Position numbers and translations under genes: made by a program. A stretch of 64,000 bases of DNA from positions 1,612,001 to 1,676,000 of the forward strand of contig CATNEN010000011.1 in the NCBI GenBank assembly GCA_950097015.1. Reading direction: 5' to 3'. Numbering within the stretch: the first letter of the stretch is position 1; every line of letters begins with the position of its first letter. Shown here piece by piece: positions 15,801 through 24,800 of this stretch. A model generated the notes under the pieces. The model saw nothing but the letters and a program-made list of their open reading frames with translations, was not told the origin of the DNA and did no database searches. Source of the stretch: Macrostomum hystrix (lineage: Eukaryota > Animalia > Platyhelminthes).

Positions 15801-18800
15801 CAGAGTGGGTCAGCATGGTATTGGGGTAGTCAGAGTGGGTCAGCATGGTATTGGGGTAGTCAGAGTGGGTCAGCATGGTGTTAGGGTTGTCAGAGTGGGT
15901 CAGCATGGTGTTAGGGTTGTCAGAGTGGGTCAGTATGGTTTTAGGGTTGTCAGGGTGGGTCAGCATGGTGTTAGGGTTGTCAGGGTGGGTCAGCATGGTG
16001 TTAGGGTTGTCAGGGTGGGTCAGCATGGTTGTTTATAAACACCCAGAGTTAAGATTTCAATTTGTTTCTCTGCGAAAACCGTGAATTTCAGGTGAAACGA
16101 TGGGCTTTCGTCAACCTTGACGATCGGGTTCGCGATGATATGCCATTCTTCAGAATGCTGACCCAGATGGCAGGAAGGAATGGCATCTCGCTGCGCGAAG
16201 ACAACTGCGAGTATGTCAACGTGAAAAACAGCGTCGGTCGTGTCAATGCGGACTTCATCGATAAGACATTTCGCGAATTGAAAGCGAAGGCAGTTGAACT
16301 GGCCATGTTCGTTATAAACCCATTCGACAAGGAGTCTTACCGTACTGTCAAATGCTGTGGCGACCGCAAATACGGCATCGTCAGCCAGGCTGTGCTGTCT
16401 AAGAATGTCGAAGGCGCACGGGCGCCATCGGATCAGACTGTTGGCAACATCCTGCTGAAGATCAACGGCAAACTAGGCGGCGTCAATTGGTTTGTGGACA
16501 GTCTTCTTCGCGATCTCAACGCCGCTGGCCAGGCCATCATCCGGGTGCCGACCATCGTGTTCGGCGCCGATGTCACCCATCCGTCTCCGACTGGTGACCG
16601 GGCCATTCGCAAGTCCATTGCCGCTGTGGTAGCCTCCATGGATACCAACTATACCAAATATGCTGCCGAGTTCAGGGAGCAGGTCATGTCACATTTCTTT
16701 TTTCTGACTCTTCAGTGATAATTTTAGTCACTAGATCTACTGGGGTAATGGCACTCCTAAACTCCTAGATCTATTGGGGTAATGGCCCTCCTAAACTCCT
16801 AGATCTACTTGGGTAATGGCCCTCCTAAACTCCTAGATCTACTAGGGTAATGGCCCTCCTAAACTCCTAGATCTACTGGGTAACTTTCCAAACAGGTATG
16901 TTTATCTTTCCGAACCTTTGCCATCCAGATGACAGTCAAAGGCAACCAGACCAACGCAGTCAAGGAGGTCATCGACGACATGAAGGGCGTTGTGAAAGCC
17001 TTGCTGTTGAAGTTTTACCAGCGCAGCAAAATGAAACCCGTCAGCATCATCTTTTATCGCGACGGCGTCTCCGAAGGCCAATTCACCGAGGTGCTAGGTC
17101 ACGAGGTAGCCGCTATTCAACAGGCCTGCTCCGAGATGGCCCCTGGCAACGATTACGAGCCTAAAATCACATTTGTGATTGTTGGCAAGAGGCATCACAC
17201 TCGCTTTTTCCCGACTGACCAACGCGACGCCGTTGGCAAAAGCGGAAACTGTCCGGCTGGCACCGTGGTTGACACCGAAATTGTGCATCGCAGGGAGTTT
17301 AATTTCTACCTGCAGAGTCACGAGGGCATCCAGGTTAGTTCAATTATAGTTCATAAATAAAAATTGCAGAAGGGCTGCTGTCAATGGCACATCATTTGGT
17401 GACACTAGACCTACAGGTCGGTGGTTCGAATCCTTGACACCATTCAGGGTTCGTGAATGACGAAAAAAAATCTGACGCGACGGAAATTTTAAAATAAGAC
17501 GCAAGAAATGGCGCCGTGTGTCCTACGAGAATGAAACAAATTTGAGCGTGACGCAGCTAACCCTAAGCCTAACCCTAACCCTAACCATCTTGGCCTCAGC
17601 ATAATAATAATAATAACGGACGCTGCGGAGGTTAGAAAACTGCAGCGAACACACGCTGCCGAAAAACGCGGGAGTCAGCCCTGGCAGCAGCCTGGGGGGA
17701 GAAGCCAAGACTCTGCAAGTCAGTTAAAAGGCAATCAAGTAGAGTCATGCGATGGCCCTGTCCACGCCGAAGGCCTTCACTGGGCGGGTTGAGCAGAAGG
17801 GTCGCGAGCGGCGGGCCCGCACCCCTCGCATGAGCCCGCAGGCAGTGGCCGGCCAGCATTTGCCGACGCCTTTGCAGGGAACGAGCGAAGGAGGGCACAC
17901 GGGCTCTCGCGGTCAGCTCGGCGTTGCTCGCAGTCTCAGGGTAGCGGACGCCAAGCGCCGACCTCAGCAGGTGTCGGTGAAACGCCTCCAGGGCAGCCTC
18001 ACGGGTAGGCGTCATCGGCACTGCTTCGAGGCCATATGCAAGGATGGATTCGACAGCTGAGCGGAAGAGGCCGATCTTCAGGACGTCGGAGGCAGTAGAG
18101 TCAAAGATGGTACGCAGAAGGTGGAGGGCGCGCCAGGCCTGTTGCTTGCGGTATTCGATGATGGCGTTGGCGTCCAAAATTTGCACGCCTAAATACTTAA
18201 AGTCCTGGCAGGTGTTGATGACATTGCCGTCTGGAAGTTGGAGTGGTGGGGCGGTTGCTGTGCCCATGTGCAGGACCTCCGTCTTGTTGTAGTTAATGTG
18301 AAGCCCGACTCTCCCGCCTTCCTCGGCCAGGCGACAGACCGCTCTCAGGGCTGCGTCAGGGTCGCAGCAGGTCAGGGCGACGTCGTCGGCATAGGCGAGG
18401 CAGGTCAGGCGGACGCAGGGGAGCCGGGCACTACGCCTGCGGGTGACCATGAAGCCATCGTCGTCGCGTAGGGCGCGCCTGAGAACGAAGTCCATGACCA
18501 TCACGAAAAGAAAAGGAGAAAGGGTGTCTCCTTGAAGAACACCAGAGGTGGTAGCGAACTCGGTCGTGGGCCCGTCTGCAGTCTGAATAAAAGCACTGGA
18601 GTCGGTGTAAAGGTCCATCACTGCTTGGATAAGCAATTGTGGAACGCCGTGTTCTTTGAGCAGCCATGCAATGGCCGGCCTGCTGATGGAATCAAACGCT
18701 TTGAGGAAGTCGACGAAAACGATGGATGCCGACATCTGTCGCGTCCTGCAGGCTTCGACCACGCAGCGGATGGCAGCCACCTGCTCAGAGGTCGAGCGGC

Positions 18801-21800
18801 CAGGGCGGAAACCACTCTGAAGGTGAAGAAGCCGCTGATTGATAGTGGGCAGCAGGCGGTTGCGCAGGACGATGTTCAGGACTTAAACCAGCGTGCACTC
18901 GAGGGCAATGCCGCGGAGGTTGTCAAGGCTGCTGGAGCTTCCTTTCTTGGGTATGGCGATGATCTTGGATATCCTCCAAAGAGCCGGAGCTCGGGCTGTG
19001 GGATCACCTCCCAAGGGGCAGGAGCGGTTGAGAATACCCGTGAGAACAGGCAGCAGCTCGAGAAGCTTGAGGACACGCGGCGGGATTTCGTCAACTCCTG
19101 CGGCGGTATCGGATCTCATTGTTTGCAGGGCTTTCTTCACCTATGCAGAGCGGATAGGAGAGCAGTCGAAGGTGCCGTCGGGAATGGGCGAGAGGCCTTC
19201 AAGAGGCGGGAGCAGGGGGTCGGGCGCGTCGGCGTTGAGGACGCCTTCGAAATGGTCAGCCATCATCTGCTTGCGCTCTTCTTGGGAGTTGGCAGGGATG
19301 ATAGCCTTCGGTGTGGCGCGACGGCCCGTCAGACGGTTGATGGCCCGCCAGGCGGCCGCAGGGCGACAGTTGTCCGTGGCCGCCTGGATCTCGGTGAGCG
19401 CCTCTTGGGTTGCGAGCTCGGCAGCGATGCGGTGAGCGTCTCTCAGGGTGTCGGTCGCCGCTGTTGCCTGCTCACTACCGGCGCCGTGTCTGGCAACCGT
19501 TGCTTGGACCAGGCTGCGGGCTCGAGTGACGCTGGGGTCGGAGGCCCAGCGGGCGCTTGATTGGCGAGGCTTGATTGGCCTCAGCATGCGCACATAAATA
19601 GTGTCACAATTTAGATAAATACATGAAGGCCTAGAAGTATCCGCTTTAATGCAAGAGTACACTAAGCAGATTATCTGAAAATACATATGCAGTCACTGTT
19701 AATGCTAAAGAGAATTCAAAGCTTCCCTGTACTTAGGAATGATACTGTGCAGACTTTAATACTTTAATATCTACATACTCGGTTATACAATCTTCCGATA
19801 TATGTTAGCTTTGTAAAATAGCTTGTTGACTAGTACTGAGAGACGAAAAATAAATCAACACTTTAAAATAAATCAAACCAGTAACGGCAAGAAAACAATT
19901 TCCGATTATTTCAAGATAGGAAAAATCCTTTCAAAGATCAATAAAAAATGCTATAAATTTAATAAATTGAAAGTTAATTTCACAGAGGGCGTTTATTAAA
20001 AAAATGATTTATTTAAAAAACTCAAACAGCGCATCAAAGCTAAAGGCAAACCGCGACTCTGTTCAGTTCATGTGGCAACAGAATAAGAGCAATGTTGGGC
20101 TGAAATATTCTTAGAAAAAAACAATTGTTGTGGGTTTCGTTACGATAATTCCGTAAATAGTTTTCTAGAACTTTCTACCACTTGTTATAACACTCTGTTG
20201 TTTCCAGAATCTTCTCTGCGCCTCCCCCGCGGGCTATCTATGAAAACTTTCTAGAAAGTTCTCCCACTCGCTCCCCCAGGCTATAAATAGAAACCCCCGC
20301 GCGGTGCACACACTCAAGACCTTTCCAGTATTTAATAATACTGCTGTTACAAATATATGCTTATCCAGTCGACTGCCGAGTGCTCCTTTCGGCGCTATAC
20401 TTACATTTACCAACACTACAATTGGAATCTCTGTATTCGTTACTTCAAGAATACAACAGGGATTTTCTGGCGTCGCAAGCAGGATCTTGATCAACTTCGA
20501 GGACGACTGTCACTATTGACCGAAGGATCAAGCTACTACAATCATGCCCGAAACGATGCAAGACGAGGATATAATCAGCCTCCTACGGCAGCAGATGGAA
20601 GAAGAGCGCCAACAGCGGAACGCTGACCGGCAGATGATGCTCGACCTCATTCGGTCTCTAAAGCCTGCAGCGGACCAGTCCCAGGCTGCAGCTTTGCCGA
20701 CGCATGTGACGACGTCGACTCCGAGTTTCTCGCCATTCGACGCCACGTCCGAGCTCTGGCCCGACTACTTGGCCAGATTCTGCACCTTCACGGGCGTGAA
20801 CTCCATACCCGACGACAAGAAGGCTCAGGTGTTCCTGACGAACCAGTCTCCGTCTGTCTACAAGCTTCTCTCAAACTTGGCAGCGCAGCAGACGCCGCGC
20901 TGCTGGCGAGATCAACAAGGAGATCAACAAGCTCACTATGGACGAGATTGAGAAGTTCATGGAAGAACAGTATGACACCAAGCGCTTCATCGTGCGCTTA
21001 AGTTCCAGCATGAGTTCCAGTTCATCATGGAAATGGTAGCCGGTGATCTGCCCGGAGTCGTTTTCTACTTGGACGACTACCTGGTCGGCGGCGCGACCGC
21101 TGATGGGCATCTCGCAAACCTACGCCGGCTTTTTCAACGCCTTTTTGACAAGGGACTTCGCTGCCGACGGGAGAAGTGCAAATTCGCCATGCCCAGCATC
21201 GAGTACCTTGGCTATGTACTGTCGAAAGAAGGCATCGCCAAGGGAACCAAGGTGGACGCTGTCCGCGAAATGCCTCCACCAAAGGACGTGTCCAGCCTCC
21301 GGTCATTCCTCGGCTCGGTCCAGTTCTACGCGAAGTTTCTGCCGCCAAGCATGGCCACGATCTCCGAGCCGCTGTACCGGCTCACCAGGAGGGACACACC
21401 GTGGACCTGGAAAGACGCAGAGCAGCGGGCCTGCGACCAGATCAAGGAGGAGCTCTCGTCGGACAACGTGCTAGTCCACTACAATGCCAACCTCCCTCTC
21501 GGGCTCTCCTGCGACGCATCCAACGTCGGGATCGGCGCCGTCCTGTTCCACCGCTACCCGGATGGTAGCGAGCGGCCGATCGCCAACGCTTCAAAGTCTC
21601 TGACGGATGCTCAGCGCCGCTATCCTCAGATTCAGAAGGAAGCCCTTTCAATCATCTTCGGCCTAAAGAAGTTTTTCCAATACTTGTTCAACCGCAAGTT
21701 CATCCTGGTCACGGACCATAAGCCGTTGATTTCTCTATTCGGGCCCGAGAAGGAGACACCAGTGATGGCGGCAAACCGGCTGGCACGGTGGGCTAACCTG

Positions 21801-24800
21801 CTCCACAACTTCACCTACGAAGTCGAGTACCGCCAGACCAAGAGTCACGGAAACGCGGATGCCCTGAGTCGCCTGCCAATGGGAGACGACCCAGATTTCG
21901 ACGGGGAGGAGAGCGCAGCCGACTTCGACATGGTCTGCGCGATCAAGGTCCTAAGCTTGCAAATCCAGCCGGCTGACGCCTCAGCCATGGCCAAAGAATC
22001 ATCGAGGGACCCGGTGATCTCCACCGTCATGCGCTACTGTCGAGAAGGATGGCCACCAGACAGGCGAGACGAAGACGCCGAGGTGGCCCGCTTACGGAAG
22101 GTCAAAGATTCGCTCTCCTGCGGCAACGGGTGTCTTCTGCATGGCTGTCGTCTTGTGATTCCTCGGAGCCTCCGGAAGGAGGTGCTGAAAATCCTCCACC
22201 TCGGACACTTTGGAATGCAGAGGATGAAGCAGCTGGCTCGATCGGCAGTCTACTGGCCGAACATCGACGACGACGTCGAGCACCTGTGCCGCGGCTGCCA
22301 TAGCTGCGCTGAGCACCAAAATCATCCGCCAAAGGCCGCCGTCCATCCGTGGATGATGCCTGAGAAGCCTTGGAGTCGCCTACATCTGGATCACGCAGTC
22401 AACTTCCTCGGCACCAACTGGCTAGTGCTCACGGACGCCTACTCAAAGTACCCGTGCATACACCCGACGCAATCCATGTCAACGTGGGCAACGATCGAGC
22501 TTCTGGAAGAAGACTTCGCCCACTTCGGCTACCCTCACGCCATCGTCACAGACAATGCAGCGGCATTCATGGCTGAGGAGTTTCAAGCTTGGTGTCGCGA
22601 ACACGGCATCGCGCACCTCACAGGAGCTCCGTATCATCCTGCAACAAACGGAGCGGCCGAACGACTGGTTCAGACCTTCAAGAAGGCCCTGAAGAAATCC
22701 AGCCTGCCACCTGCCAGGGCGCTACAGCAGTTCCTGATGCAGTACCGACGGACTCCTGCGGTCAACGGCTACTCTCCGAGCGAACTCCTAAATGGCCGGC
22801 AGATCAGGACGCAGTTTTATACTCTGCTGCCATCTCCAGCCCATCTCGCCCAGGATCGCCAAGTCAAGCAGGCCGAAGAGTCCAGAGCTCGGAAAAAGGT
22901 ATCTCGCGTCCGAGAAGGCTACAACGTCGGAGATCCGGTCTACGCTCGCTACTACGGACCACGCCGCGAGAAGGAAGGCCGCTGGGTTCCGGCAGTGGTC
23001 ACCAAGCGGGACGGCAGCCGCAGCGTCAACGTCAAGGTTGTCCCAAGCGGCCCGGTGTGGCGACGGCACTTCGACCAGCTTCAACCGCGACACGTGTCCA
23101 CGGAAGACAGCGAGCCAGGATCACTGCCGACTCAACATAACGAAACGGCCGGCCACCTGATGCTGCCGGCCACACCAGCGGTGGCACATCCAGGGTCTCG
23201 ACCCAGGCCTCCAGGATGGCGAGCGCCGGACCAAGTCCAACACCCGCCGCCCTACGGACCAGATAATCCACGACGGTCGGCTAGGCAGCGAAAGCCACGG
23301 CTACAAATGGACTTATAGACTTTCTATCAGCTGTACTCACAGTTTTGGTGGGGAGGTGTTGTGGGTTTCGTTACGATAATTCCGTAAATAGTTTTCTAGA
23401 ACTTTCTACCACTTGTTATAACACTCTGTTGTTTCCAGAATCTTCTCTGCGCCTCCCCCGCGGGCTATCTATGAGAACTTTCTAGAAAGTTTCCCACTCG
23501 CTCCCCAGGCTATAAATAGAAACCCCCGCGCGGTGCACACACTCAAGACCTTTCCAGTATTTAATAATACTGCTGTTACAAATATATGCTTATCCAGTCG
23601 ACTGCCGAGTGCTCCTTTCGGCGCTATACTTACATTTACCAACACTACAATTGGAATCTCTGTATTCGTTACTTCAAGAATACAACAACAATAAAGGAAA
23701 AAAAAGATTTTTCTCAACCAGCAGCCAACTCAATCAGCTGTCGTGACGCGTCAGATTTGCTACCATCCTTTTCAATCAGCTACTACATTGTGACGCGTCA
23801 GATTTGCTACCATCCTTTTCAATCAGCTACTCCCTTGTGACGCGTCACATTTGCTACCATCCTTTTCAATCAGCTACTTCCTTGTGACGCGTCAGATTTG
23901 CTACCGTCCTTTTCAATCAGCTACTACCTTGTGACGCGTCAGATTTGCTACCATCCTTTTTAATCGGCTACTACCTTGTGACGCGTCAGATTTGCTACCA
24001 TCCTTTTCAATCGGCTACTACCTTGTGACGCATCAGATTTGCTACCATCCTTTTAAATCGGCTACTACCTTGTGACGCATCAGATTTGCTACAGTTTTTA
24101 CTGACTTTTAAAATATATTTTTAATTAATTTCCTGACTTCCTACTAGCGAGTAATGCTGATAGAGCAAGGCAACCGCTTGACAACTTTTACGCCTTCTAT
24201 TTGAAGGAATTACAAGTATTTCAGAAAAAGCAAGACGCAGCAGAAATCAGTAGAAATAAGTAACTCAACGCAAAAACGGGCTTATTTCAGTTCATGTTGG
24301 CAATAAAAAAGAGCAATGTTGGGCTAAAAAATTCTTAGAGAAAAAACACCAGCGAAAAATGATTTTTCTCAACCTGCAGCCAACTCAATCAGCCACCTCG
24401 TGACGCGTCAGATTTTCTACCGTCCCTTTCAATTGGCTACTACCTCGTGACGCGTCAGATTTTCTACATTTTTACTGACTTTTAAAATACATTTTTAATT
24501 AAATTCCTAACTTCCTACTACCGAGTAATGCTGATAGAGCAAGGCAACCGCTTGACAATTTTGACGCCTTCTAATTAAAGGAATTATATCAGAAAAAGCA
24601 AAAGCAGAAAATGCAAAGCAGCAGAAATCAGCAGGGCTTTAATTCGTTTTTCGATTAATTTAATACGTCTAAATTAAATAACGGTCAAGTCTTTCCGCCT
24701 TCGTGAACAGCGTCGCTTCATAAGCCTGATTGAATGCGAATAGCAGAGCGCCTTCACCAGTTGGTCTTGTGTGAGGTTCGAACCTCTGGGTGTTACTGAA

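Larger units (their letters stand above)
20126..23687 (+). mobile_element. Ty3/Gypsy LTR retrotransposon, internally deleted (3562 bp)
   Basis: LTRs 20126-20458 and 23357-23687 (TG...CA, about three differences by eye). 5-bp TSD ACAAT. PBS TGGCGTCGCAAGCAGGAT at 20468 (tRNA-Ser-like by recall). PPT GGTGGGGAGG at 23347-23356. Confidence 0.96.

Noticed and set aside
17557-17587. Chromosome end or telomere fusion site
   Set aside because: Only ~5 units, one of them variant, inside an intron with continuous gene structure on both sides.
18532-19560. 342-aa plus-strand ORF
   Set aside because: It is the antisense shadow of the GC-rich LINE reverse transcriptase frame.
17632-19574. Non-standard genetic code or stop readthrough suggested by in-frame TAG/TAA in the LINE and Helitron frames
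   Set aside because: The stops fall at positions expected to be different residues (Glu, Lys), and host genes end at standard stops. Ordinary nonsense mutations explain them.
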